Of a stretch of DNA of 64,000 bases, positions 1 through 12,712 are shown one piece after another (positions within the stretch are counted from its first letter, which is position 1; every line of letters begins with the position of its first letter). A program made the translations under genes and the position numbers. The notes under the pieces were generated by a model. It was not told the DNA's origin and made no database searches. It was given only the letters and a program-made list of their open reading frames with translations. The DNA is from Octopus bimaculoides. Its lineage: Eukaryota. The stretch is taken from the NCBI RefSeq assembly GCF_001194135.2, contig NC_068983.1, positions 61,301,060 to 61,365,059 of the forward strand, in the 5' to 3' direction.

Positions 1-595
1 AATATTATTGATTGTTCTTGCCTTCTAAAATTTGTCATACTTTGAAGATAGTGGGATTTAAAGCAAATTTGGCTATGATTATTAGCAGATCAAGTGACCA
101 TATAGAGGCATGCCAATTGGCTTCATTAAAATAATATAAGGTGTTCCACACCAGAACAGCTCTGATGGGTAAGTGGAAGCGAATTTCTTAACCTTGTAGT
201 TTTGGGCTCATTCCATTGCACAGTATTTTTGCAAATCTATTATAGCCCTGGGCTAACCAAAGACTTGTGAGTAAATTTGGTGGATAAAAACTGAAATAAT
301 CTCGTGTGTGTGTGTGTGCACGCACACGTATGTTTGCTTACATGTGTGCCTCTTTGAAATTTGCAAGTTACAAGCAATATTGTTGTTGTCATTACTCCTG
401 ACAAAAACAATGAGCTGCTAGTTTAGTGACTTCAAAAAATGCATGAAATAAGAGATCCTAACTTGAAAAAAAAAAAAAAAAAAAAAAAAAGATAAGGGTC
501 AGTAGCAGAAAGGTCGTTTGCTAAAAACAAACACTATAATAATATATTTGTCTTACCCATGCTAGCATGGAAAAACACGTAAAAACGAATGAATG

Positions 596-632
<37 letters not shown>

Positions 633-3600
633 TATATAAATTTTACCATCAATATATTACAGGTTGTGGCATGTAAGTGGTCAGAATGTTACCATCAATT
701 TTCACATTGAATTTTGCCATGAGACTACAGCAAAGTCTTTTCAAACATGTTGGCAAGAAACATATAGCCACTTTTGCACTGGAGGTACATATACACTAGG
801 GTCACTTAGTGATAGTAAAATGAAATTTTAGTGGAATATAGGATGAAGATCTACATAAATAGATGAAAGGAAGAGCTATTTTCCATGGATTGGTGTTAAA
901 GGTTAAACTGTGAAAATAAAATGAAAACCCTTAAGTTTGAAAGATTTGTTAAAAGCAATGGGTGGTAAAAATAATAATAATGACTGAGGAAACCAATTTG
1001 CTTGTTATTTATGGTAATAATATTATTTAGTAATAAAGAGTAAATTTTGCTAGTAACTTTGAGGGGTTATGTGTATGTCTGTGTATGTGTGATTGTGTGG
1101 GTGGGGTTGGAGGGGGAGTAGAAGGGCTGGGGATCCCTATAAAGTGTTGGGGCAAGAGGTGGAATGGGATATAGAGGAGCTATGGTTGATGCCTGTAGCT
1201 TGTGCGTGTATTGCACTCCAGTGCAAAGCGGACACGACTACATTGCTAAAATAAGTTTACACTCATGAGAGCATTATTAAAAAATTTCACCTTCTGAGAT
1301 ATGGAAAGAGCTTGGGTCATATGAGCTCTTTATAAACAGACCACTGTTTCTGCCATGTACAGCTTACATCTACTGCTATTGAGATACAGCCCAGCTCTTT
1401 CCAGCAATATCCAGTAAGTGTTTAATGACATTGCATACTTTTTTAATTGCCATATACAACTGGCTAAAAATTGTGGTACTGCATCTTTCCTAGATCTTAA
1501 AAGAAAATCTTTGGTTATTCAGCCTGACCTTGAAAGAGCTCTCTGTCACCCCAACGTGTCATTTCACAGTGTTGGTTGATACTACCTCTGCTTTGTAAAC
1601 CATAGCTTCTGTATTGCACTTGTATTGCACTGAGCAGTCAGTGGGTTCACCTTGTTATCCATTGATTAAATTTTCTTCATACAAAAAGAAGAAAATGATA
1701 TACACACAAGTTACAAACTTCAACCATGGCTACCTCCATATCCCACACCACCTATGATCCCAACATTTTATAGAGTTCTTTACCCTTCCAGTTTTTTGTT
1801 TTCTTCACTCTCACTCATTTCTTACTCTCCCTCCAGCCCAAGCCACACACACAGTTACATTGTTGTTAATACACACACCCCACCAGAGACACCACCTAAA
1901 ATCTCTTTTAATATGAATACAGCATTATCCTTTATTGTCATTAATAACAATACATTTTGTTCCCTTTAACATTATTGCCATTATCATTATATTTATCACC
2001 CAATGCATTCAACACATCTTTCAAACCTATGGGTTTTCTTTTTTTCACTTTGTATGAAGCCATCTAAAATACATTGTAGGATTATAAATCAACTCCAGTA
2101 CTTGATAATACTTTCAATTTATCAACTCCATGGGAATGAAAAGCTAAGTTGCTCTTAGTGTGACTAAACTCAGAACAAAGAGCCATAATCAAATTCTGAA
2201 GGGCATCTGATCCATTGCTCTAATCATTCTACTAGTTCACTGTCTCAGTTGTCTATTATCAGTATAACACTGCATAGAACTAATATTTATATTCATATAA
2301 TGTTGAATTTGTCTAGTTTTGGTTTTTTACATAAATGTTCAGTTGCATATTATTGATATTACTCTGTCGGAGCAGCACTGATAATCAATAATTAATATTA
2401 GATTCAATATATTAATTATCAACATTTGAAATCTAATAATCAATTAAATATCTGAAGATTAAACTACATTCAAATGCATATTATGCTTAAATGGTAGTAA
2501 TTGTGGGTTTCTGCTTAAGTTTGATGTCAAACATTTATTTTGGTTGAATCAGCTAGGAACACAAAAATTTACATTTTAGAAGAAACATTAAGTGAAATTT
2601 TTCAATTATAAGTATTCTAATTAGAATGAAATAAATTATTCATTTCAAATATTGAATTATTTTGTAGTAAAATTTAACTTTTTAAATGTTTCCTAAAGTT
2701 TAAGATGAAATTACAATTATTATAAGATATAAAACAATGTTAAAATTTTGATTATATGAACAAATTTAATTAATATATTAGCAATGAACTGAATTAAATT
2801 AAAAAAGAGTAAATCCTCATCCATTCAAATGTATATTCAAATATATCTGGTGTAATCTTCAACTTGATAATCAATGATATTAAAACTTCAGTCCCTTTGA
2901 ATTTATGACCTGTCTACTATCCCAATGTAAATTTACTTGGCTCAGTCCTCCACTCTACAACATTAAATTGTCTTATCTTGATGATCTCATAATAAATCCT
3001 TTACCTTATATTTCTTTGGAACTTTCTATCTGTTCATGTTATCTGCAAGCACTAACCTGTACCAATTCAAACTAAAAATTAATCAATTAAAAAATTTAAG
3101 TGTGAAGGAACTAGTGCTGGTACATAGTATACAGTTAATGAAATTTGAATTTTGTAAACACTAACAATACTTTTACCATCTATCCAGCTGCCTTTCTCTT
3201 ATTGAGGACTACTTTTCCATTTTAATTCCTCAAATGCCCACTGTCACTCCAACAACCACAGAAAGGGGAACCTAACTGTTGCCTGCTCTATTCAATACTA
3301 CCAGAAAATCAGTATCAATAAATTTCTTGGAGACAATATAATTATCTGTCTTAAATTTTAGAACAACAGACCTTGTAATAAAGACAGGGTTATTGATCAA
3401 CTAATTCTCTCTTCAGGAAACAATTCTGAGCATATTTCAGAAAAATTAATCATTGACTATCATTTTTATTCATAATATTTTTTAAACTCTAATTTAACTG
3501 TTGCATTTAAATGAATTATCTCATTGAATTATTTAATCTGCAGGCATTAAATTTCATATAACATATTTTATTTTGGTCACACACATATATATATATATGT

Positions 3601-5204
3601 ATAAAACGATTGGTTGCATGCATTTCGTATGTAGCTTTGACATGTGTATGTCACATGCATCTATCTCTATATAAATACTGCAGTGCTACATGAACTTCCA
3701 TTGGCTAGAGTTGGAAAACAACCCTTGTATATGCAATGAAACAATAGCAGGTTTCTTTGCTGGTTGTCACATTCCAAAGAAACTACTGACTTCTGGAAGA
3801 ATCATTCTGATTTGAAATCTCAATACATTACTGCTATGTCTAATAAACAGCAAGGTGTTATAAAGTAAAAAAATTTCTCATTTCTGCAATACTGTATAGT
3901 TCTATTCATCTATCAGTGATTCATTCATCATTACTTTGGCAAGAATGGTAAAGGTTATGCTTTACTGAAGTATCAGAATTAACTAAAACATGCCTAGACT
4001 GGTCCCCAATGCTCTATTTCTAGTTAGCTTTTTAATACTTCATGATATCCCTAACTTAACTTATAGAACTTGTTTGTCACTCTATATTTAATAATGAACA
4101 TTGATGCTATATTTGAATAACAAATAGTTCATGACAATTTATCATTACCCACTTACATTATTTGAATCTTATACTCCGGTTTATCTTCTTCAAACTTATG
4201 AAATTTAGCCATCAAACTTTCTATTGTCTTTCTATACACATACACACACACTCATGCATATATATGACTAGTATATGCAGTGCAATTTTTAATACATTCA
4301 TTATATAATGAAAATGTACTCAAACCTTCTTATGATACAGGTTTCATTATTTTACGTGAGTTAAAGAGTGAAATTTCTTGCACACAATGAAAAGACAGAT
4401 ATACAAATAACATGGTCATGTTGCCATGGGCGATATATTATTATTCATCAATATTCAAAACTTTATAGCTAAGTCAATATCTACCCCACCACCAAAAAAA
4501 AAAAAAAAAAAACCCCAATTTTCTTTGATATTTTCTGAGTTTTGAATATTTCTAGTAGCTCTTCAAGATGATTTCAACTGAAAAATAAATGTCCCCATAT
4601 TCAAGTTCTTAAAATAGCCATACCTATGTCTATTAGTACAAAAGAAGAGAGACGTTTGACAACTATCTACCTCAACATATATTTCTTGAAATATATCGTC
4701 AAAATTAATCCTATTTCTAGCAGCAAAATATTCTAAATTCTCTTGCTTGACTTTCCTGATTCATCAACAGTACTTTAATGTTCCATTTTCTTATCAGTTT
4801 TCTCTCAACCTATCTATGTTCATGTTATTCAGCTATACATAGTCAATAACTAATATATTAAACAATGATATTATTATAGAAGAGAATTATAACATTTTTG
4901 TGACAACTCAATAAATTTGAACATCTACTACATATCATCTGGGCTGAGATATAGCTGTTTGGTGAAGAAGTTCCCTTCACAAGTGTCTTCTATCATAGCC
5001 TTGAATTAACCAATACCTTGTGAGTAGAATTTGATAGATGGATATGGCGCAGAAGGTCTTTTTATTTATTTGTGTATGTGTGTGGCTTTGCATGTGTACA
5101 TCTTTCACTGATGTATATCAGGGAAGGATATAAAATATGGACAAAGTAATCAAATAACTGATGCTTTTCAAATGAAATTTCTTGTGATATTTGTTCTGCA
5201 TAGA

Positions 5205-5410
5205 AAGGTAGCAAGCTAGCAGAAATGTTATTACACTGGGTGAAATGCTTAGCAGTAATTCATCCATCTTTATGTTCTGAGTTCAAATTCTGCCGAGGTT
5301 GACTGCCTTTCGGGGTCGATAAATTAAGTATCAGTTGCATACTCAGGTCAATCTAATCGACTGGGACCCCTCCCCAAAATTTCAGGCCTTGTGCCTAGAG
5401 TAGAAAAGAA
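5205..5410 (+). mobile_element. tRNA-derived SINE (second family)
   Basis: B-box-like GAGTTCAAATTC followed by CCTTTCGGGGTCGATAAATTAAGTA. Degenerate copies near 2040-2200 and 34000-34180 on the minus strand. Confidence 0.65.
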
Positions 5411-6164
5411 TACTTGTTCTGCATGGAATTAATATAATCCTCTGTCATTCTTGCCATCAGAAATGTATTGGACCAGAGAGTGATACATTGGGAGTCCATG
5501 AGAAATGATGCTCTTGTTCACCATTGGTGATACAAGTAAAGATTACAATGTTACTAATTACCTTTTTTGACTTTTCTCATTTTTGTTTTTAGACAACACA
5601 TTATGGTAGATATCATGACAGCTTTACAATCTTCTCATAAATGTAACAACTTCACAATTGCACTAGTTTTTTCCACCCACAAATTTGACAACAAAGAATG
5701 TAGATAACTGTAGCAAATCAGAATATTATTAATAGAACATTACAATTTTTATGTAATGTTTTGTATTACTGCATATGTTATAAGATTGTTTTCATATCTT
5801 TGATCTATGATTGTAGTTAAATATGTTTTCTGTTACAATAATAATAATAATATGAGCCACTCAAAATATGTTATATCTTATAAAGATATGTTGGTACAGT
5901 GGAAACTTAAAGGGAAAAGTAGAGTTGCATTTAAGTAGTTCAAAAGAATTCTTCAAGTGCATGAAACGTATCAAGTTTCAATGAAGGTCAAATATCCAAA
6001 GCCTGGATTAATAATTTAATGTTTACTAATGTGAAATAATTGTGAAAGGAATTGTGGGATTAAACAATGTCATTTGATTTATCATAAAAATATAATATTC
6101 AATATAGCTGTCCAGTTACTTATTTTTTTAAAGCTTGACTCCAGTTACTTATAATTTTTTTAAA

Positions 6165-6465
6165 GCTTGGTACTTTTTCGATCAGTCACTTTTTGCTGAA
6201 CAGCTAAGTAACAGGAATGTAAACAAAAGCAACACAAGTTGTCAAGAAGAGGTGGATGACAATTACATATACAAAGACACATAGATATATGCATATGTAT
6301 GATGGGCTTCTTTCAGTTTCTGACTACCAAATTCACTCACAAGGCTTTGATCAGCTTGAGGCTATAGTAGAAGACACTTGCCCAAGGTGCTACACAGTAG
6401 GACTGAACCTGGAACCAAGTGGTTGGGAATCAAGCTTCTTACCAGACAGCCACACCTGTGCCTAT
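6165..6465 (-). mobile_element. tRNA-derived SINE (first family)
   Basis: Minus-strand GGTTCAGTCCTACT B-box and shared GTCTTCTACTATAGC core. Related copies at ~157-330 (+) and ~4940-5090 (+). Confidence 0.75.
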
Positions 6466-7324
6466 AAACTGACAATGTTTAGGTAAGTTATTATTGTACT
6501 GATAGAAGATCTTTTTAAATCACTACAGTTTGAATGCTATATTTGCTAGGTTTATGTATTATTACTTGAACTTATGAATCTTTATTAAATATAAGGCTTG
6601 AATAATTGTCCAATCTGTAAGGCCCTTTAGTTTCTGCGTTTAGTCCCAAACTGAACAAAATGCATACAAGCATGGTAAATATAACAATTTTGTCAAGATC
6701 AAACCATTCTGAATATAGCTGTTTAGGAGTATTGAAGATGAAATCAGAAGTCAAACAAATTATAGATACATTCAAGTTAATAAATGCTTTAAAGCACTGT
6801 TTATACCAGCTTCCCTAAACTATTAATATTGGATGAGCAACAGGTTTAGATATTTATCTGAATTGTTAGAGTAAATAGTTTAATGCTATAATTAACCACT
6901 TACATTGAAGAGTGAATTAATTGCTTTTTCAGTTAAGTTTATTTCGCACAGTAAAATAAAGTTTCATGTTTGACTGAATTCATGACCTATTTGTTACTAG
7001 CCTATTTAACAGCCTCAATTGTTAATTTCTTTTTATTAATTCTTAAAAAAAAAAATTATGTACCTTAGAATTTAATTTCAGTTTATACCATGTATACATA
7101 ATATACTCCAAAGTATAGGATAAAATTTTATTTATTACTCTTCAACATAACTGCAAATTTAACTTAATTCAAATGTTTACTTGATTAAATAGATATTCTT
7201 TCTACCAAAAGATTTCAATGGATGTAGGATTTAATCTTAAACTCCAAATACCCTAACTCAAATTTCTAGAAAACTTATACCTATGTAGTTTTAAAGGTAT
7301 GATGATAATAAAATGGAAGGATTT

Positions 7325-7360
7325 TGCATGCGCTGGCAAAATGTTTGGTAGTAGCATGCA
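7325..7360 (-). promoter_or_regulatory. Two (U)GCAUG Rbfox-type motifs downstream of the 7453-7525 exon
   Basis: Minus-strand TGCATG at 7355-7360 and GCATG near 7326-7330. Confidence 0.4.
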
Positions 7361-7452
7361 ATTAGATATCATTTGGTGCATAATGGAATGTTTGCATCCA
7401 AAGCGGAAGCTAGAAGCAATAAAACAAAAATGAGTTAGTCTTTAATTCTTAC

Positions 7453-7525
7453 CAAACTCCTCTAGTACAAATATGCCTCCTTTCTGTGTGAAACATTTCT
7501 TGACACGACATAGCTCAATAAAGAA
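7453..7525 (-). CDS. MADD: MADD exon (FFIELCRVKKCFTQKGGIFVLEEF+G), 73 nt
   Basis: Matches vertebrate VFIELNHIKKC...GVFVLEEF. Splice sites tttttattttcag and gtaaga. Confidence 0.95.
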
Positions 7526-8169
7526 CTGAAAATAAAAACGAAGCAACTTAAAGCTGTTGATTCACAAAAGTATACCACTTGTGGACAAAGAGGATAAGTG
7601 GCTCACACTGACTAACTGAACTGAACAAAACAATAGCTCTACAAACTACATATAAGCAATATAAATCTAGCAGATGCAAATGAAAGGGAAAAATAGGTGC
7701 CAAGATGAAAATTAGAATTTATTTAATCAACACCTTGATTAATGTGGATATTTAAATGTAATTAAATTGGATTTAAAATTTATACCCACTATAACCAATG
7801 TATTTTGCTGAATATAGGATTTTATCAAATCAGGTCATATAATATTTTTCCTGACAATTTGCAAGGTGCTAGCAAAGCAATCACAACTTCTAACATTGAT
7901 TCAACTCAGGTGTAAAATAAGCATACAAACAACATACCAAATTAAAATAAACTGAAAAGCATAGAGAGGGCAAGCACTAGTTTGAAACAAAAATGATTTT
8001 CAGTAATAGTTGTGTTCATACACATAACAATCCAAATAAATGTCTCTATGAATTAAAAAAAAAATTGGGAGAAAATGTAGACAAGAAGCAAAAGTGTGTG
8101 GAGTAAAAAGAAAGGGTAAGTTGTAGAGTGAAGAGTGATCTACAAATGACAGACACCATAAGCCATTAC

Positions 8170-8178
8170 CTCAAAATC
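8170..8178 (-). CDS. MADD: Candidate 9-nt neural microexon GATTTTGAG (DFE), phase 0-0
   Basis: About 35 nt of almost pure pyrimidines, TGC at -12, gggggcag|GATTTTGAG|gtaatg. In frame between LANSK and FFIEL. Confidence 0.65.
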
Positions 8179-9247
8179 CTGCCCCCAGCAGCCGATACAG
8201 CGGGATGAAGGGAGAGAAAGAGAGAGAAAAAAAAAGATAACATATTAACCAGCATATTAGCAACAACATTAGCTGCAACATTACAGTAACGTAAGCCCAG
8301 CTTGTTAAGGTGCTTATATCTTCCTTCAGATTTTCAAAAACAAAACATCAATTGACGATCAAACAAAAGACATAGAGAATTGAAAGCATAATTGAATGCA
8401 AACTAATTTTTGAATTAGTAATAGGGTAAGGAATTTATCTCCGATACTGATTAGGCATAGAATCTAGCTTCTCTGAAAAATCAGGCTAAATGATCAAGAT
8501 ATAATGAAAGAGAGATATTAAGATTCATAATAAATGTAATATTCTTTATCAAGCCAAAACAGCTGTGAAAGAAGTATTTGCACTTAAATGAAAGAACAGT
8601 AGACAGTTTTTTGATTATGTATATTTGTAAAAAGTTGGAGATTATAAAAATAATACTGGGCTTAAAAGAAACTTAAGAAAATCTTAGCTGATGTACAATA
8701 GTAGACACTAGTTAAAAACAAACTATAATGCTTCATTGGAGTTGTCTCTTCTGCTTATGGATTTTAGAGTTTTAAACACCATCCGAGGAAGTTTTTGAAA
8801 ACTATTTGCTAAAATAATCTCAGCTGAAGTTGTTTTTCAACTCATCACTGCACATATGCATGACTCAACTGTATTTACATTTAGAACACAGGATTCTCTT
8901 GAAGTATTTTCCCTCAGCCAAATTACTGATATTTATAATCAATCTCTCTCTCTCTCTCTCTTGCTATATGTGAGTGTGTGTATGTGTGCATGTGTTGTGT
9001 GTACACGTGCATATAAATATCTACACACACACACATATATACACAGGTACGCACACATATAGTGAGAGAGAAAGTTAACAGGATAGATTGAAAGAATCTC
9101 TATATAGAAAATACTTAGCGCTCAAAAGATTTGAACTTACACTTTGAAATCTTTACCAAAGACTAAGTCAGTGGGGTAAATAGAAGCTACAAGAGGAATC
9201 CAGGTGAGCAGATATGGAGACTGGTGTGTGTGTGTGTGTGTATATAT

Positions 9248-10045
9248 ATCATCATCATTGTTTAACATCCGCTTTCCATGCTAGCATGGGTTGGACGATT
9301 TGACTGAAGACTGGCAAGCCAGAAGGCAGCACCATGTTCCAATCTGATCTGGCAGAGTTTCTATAGCTGGATGCCCTTCCTAACGCCAACCACTCTGAGA
9401 GTGTAGTGGGTGCCTTTATGTGCCACCAGCACGAGGGCCAGTCACATGGTACTGGCAACGGCCACGCTCAAAAGGTGTTTTTTANNNNNNNNNNNNNNNN
9501 NNNNNNNNNNNNNNNNNNNNNNNNNNNNNNNNNNNNNNNNNNNNNNNNNNNNNNNNNNNNNNNNNNNNNNNNNNNNNNNNNNNNNNNNNNNNNNNNNNNN
9601 NNNNNNNNNNNNNNNNNNNNNNNNNNNNNNNNNNNNNNNNNNNNNNNNNNNNNNNNNNNNNNNNNNNNNNNNNNNNNNNNNNNNNNNNNNNNNNNNNNNN
9701 NNNNNNNNNNNNNNNNNNNNNNNNNNNNNNNNNNNNNNNNNNNNNNNNNNNNNNNNNNNNNNNNNNNNNCTTGCCTCAACATGTCTTCATAAGCAGAGTT
9801 TAGTGTCCAATGAAGGAGAGATTGGCATGGGTGCCAGTCGTCGGATTCGGTTCAATTTCGATTTCAGATTTCAAATTTACTTGCCTCAACAGGTCTTTGC
9901 AAGCAGAGTTTAGTGTCCAATGAAGTAAAGATACGGATAAGTGAGCAAGCCACACTTCTGGCAGAGGTCCCAGCTTATGCTCTCACTTGGCTTGCTGGGT
10001 CTTCTCATGTACTGCATATTTCCAAAGGTCCCGGTCAGTAGTCAC
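9248..10045 (-). mobile_element. RTE 3' UTR/tail copy, interrupted by an N gap
   Basis: (CAT)n, GGTTGGACGATTTGACTG, GATGCCCTTCCTAACGCCAACCAC. Confidence 0.85.
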
Positions 10046-10659
10046 ACTTGTCCAACCCATGCTAGCATGGAAAGCGGATGTTAAACAATGATGATGATGA
10101 TGACATACATATACACCATATCAGTGTAGGTTGCATTCTAAGATGTGGCAAAGACAACTAACCAAGGAAATGGAGGATTCTCATAGAATAGCCTGATGTT
10201 TGTTTTCAGTGAGTGCATGGTAAACAAATCATGAGTAGTCTAAGAGCGAGGCTGTTGGATCCTCATACATTGAGATTAACAGGAGAATCCATAACATTTA
10301 TACATATATTGATCATCTTTAGTTTTGCAATGTGAGGACACTACTTCAATAGATGACTTCAATAACCAGATCTACAACAACATGCCTGGTCTATATTGTC
10401 CCAAAATTTCACTCAACAGATCTAAGTGGAGTTCTCTATCATGCTTCTAGCTTTAAAATTTAAAATGCTTGGATAAGTGTATTTAATCAAAGCTTTTTAA
10501 TTCACTATACTGCAACATCCCCACTTTGTTACATAGATTTACTGATAAATATTCATTCTATGCATAAATCAAAGGATCTTGAAGACAATGAAAAATGTTA
10601 TTATGGTGATAGATAATACAGCTGATTCCACTTAATTGCATGCTGGAGAAATGTATAGG

Positions 10660-11355
10660 AAGTTTAGCATTAGCTGTGCCTGAGAAGACCCGGCAAGCCA
10701 AGTGAGACCAAAATCCAAGGCCTCTGCCAGGGAAGTAGCCAGCCCACTAATGTGTAACATTCCTTCTTTGGACACTAAACTCCGCTTGCGAAGACCGGTT
10801 GAGGCAAGTGAAATCGAAATCGAACTAAATTTGTAGACTGGCACCCATGCCAACGTCTTCATTGAACACTAAACTCGGCTTGTGAAGACCTGTTGGGGCA
10901 AGCGAAACTGAAATCATGATAGCACCTGTACCAGTAAATCACTAAGAGTGTGATCGTTGCGGGAGCACCAGCTGTCTGGCTTTCATGCCAGTGGCACGTA
11001 AATAGCACCATTTGAGCGTGACCGTTACCAACATCGCCTTCCTGGAACGTGAAAAGACATTCGAGCGAGTTCGTTGCCAGTACCGCTGGACTGGCCCTTG
11101 TGCAGGTGGCACGTAAAATACACCATTTCGAGCGTGGCCATTGCCAGTACCTCTTGACTGGCCTTCGTGCCGGTGGCACATAAAAGCACCCACTACACTG
11201 TAGGAGTGGTTGGCATTAGGAAGGGTATCCAGCTGTAGAAACTCTGCTAAATCAGATTGGAGGCTGGTGTAGCCATCCGGTTAACCAGTCCTCAGTCAAA
11301 TCATCCAACCCATGCTAGCATGGAAAGCGGACGTTAAACGATGAGGATGATGATG
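10660..11355 (+). mobile_element. RTE 3' UTR/tail copy
   Basis: Sub-repeats GGTGGCACGTAAAA; ends CCCATGCTAGCATGGAAAGCGGACGTTAAACGATGA. Confidence 0.85.
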
Positions 11356-11397
11356 ATATATATGTATGTATATATATATGTATATATATATGAATGT

Positions 11398-12373
11398 NNN
11401 NNNNNNNNNNNNNNNNNNNNNNNNNNNNNNNNNNNNNNNNNNNNNNNNNNNNNNNNNNNNNNNNNNNNNNNNNNNNNNNNNNNNNNNNNNNNNNNNNNNN
11501 NNNNNNNNNNNNNNNNNNNNNNNNNNNNNNNNNNNNNNNNNNNNNNNNNNNNNNNNNNNNNNNNNNNNNNNNNNNNNNNNNNNNNNNNNNNNNNNNNNNN
11601 NNNNNNNNNNNNNNNNNNNNNNNNNNNNNNNNNNNNNNNNNNNNNNNNNNNNNNNNNNNNNNNNNNNNNNNNNNNNNNNNNNNNNNNNNNNNNNNNNNNN
11701 NNNNNNNNNNNNNNNNNNNNNNNNNNNNNNNNNNNNNNNNNNNNNNNNNNNNNNNNNNNNNNNNNNNNNNNNNNNNNNNNNNNNNNNNNNNNNNNNNNNN
11801 NNNNNNNNNNNNNNNNNNNNNNNNNNNNNNNNNNNNNNNNNNNNNNNNNNNNNNNNNNNNNNNNNNNNNNNNNNNNNNNNNNNNNNNNNNNNNNNNNNNN
11901 NNNNNNNNNNNNNNNNNNNNNNNNNNNNNNNNNNNNNNNNNNNNNNNNNNNNNNNNNNNNNNNNNNNNNNNNNNNNNNNNNNNNNNNNNNNNNNNNNNNN
12001 NNNNNNNNNNNNNNNNNNNNNNNNNNNNNNNNNNNNNNNNNNNNNNNNNNNNNNNNNNNNNNNNNNNNNNNNNNNNNNNNNNNNNNNNNNNNNNNNNNNN
12101 NNNNNNNNNNNNNNNNNNNNNNNNNNNNNNNNNNNNNNNNNNNNNNNNNNNNNNNNNNNNNNNNNNNNNNNNNNNNNNNNNNNNNNNNNNNNNNNNNNNN
12201 NNNNNNNNNNNNNNNNNNNNNNNNNNNNNNNNNNNNNNNNNNNNNNNNNNNNNNNNNNNNNNNNNNNNNNNNNNNNNNNNNNNNNNNNNNNNNNNNNNNN
12301 NNNNNNNNNNNNNNNNNNNNNNNNNNNNNNNNNNNNNNNNNNNNNNNNNNNNNNNNNNNNNNNNNNNNNNNNN
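11398..12373. other. Assembly gap (others at 9485-9769, 15630-15837, 16480-16597, 59981-59990)
   Basis: Runs of N. Confidence 1.
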
Positions 12374-12712
12374 CAGACCTATCTCTCTGACCTCACACAT
12401 CAGCAAGGTCATGGAACGAATAGTCAGAAGAAAACTAATCGCCTTCCTTGAAGAAAATGACTTGCTGCCTGACACCCAACATGGTTTCCGACCAGGAAGA
12501 AGCTGCCTGACTCAGCTCTTACAACGCTATGACTGGGTGCTGAAACAGCTACTTAACCACTCAAATGTGGAAGTGATATATCTTGACTTTGCAAAGGCCT
12601 TTGATAAAGTCGATCATGGAATGATATGTCACAAACTGCGTGATCTCAGCATAGTTGGAGAATTGGGAGAATGGCTTCATGACTTCCTGAAGGATAGAAG
12701 TCAGGTGGTAGT
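12374..12712 (+). mobile_element. CR1/L2-group LINE reverse transcriptase fragment
   Basis: RPISLTSHISKVMERIV...QHGFRPGRSCLTQLL...IYLDFAKAFDKVDHG, open frame. Confidence 0.9.

Noticed and set aside
1-7300. Search for the last MADD exons (..RKYKSxM and ADQICYxVLC)
   Set aside because: No matching frame with splice sites found; they probably lie beyond the window edge.
7607-7615. 9-nt LVS segment before gtgagc
   Set aside because: Several competing AGs and only 81 nt to the next exon; weak support.
8464-8474. Acceptor giving Arg-Ser-stop
   Set aside because: Acceptor signal only, with no other evidence of a terminal exon.
8790-8850. C-box/D-box-like GTGATGA...CTGA on the minus strand
   Set aside because: Boxes are only ~20 nt apart with no terminal stem; too short for a C/D snoRNA.
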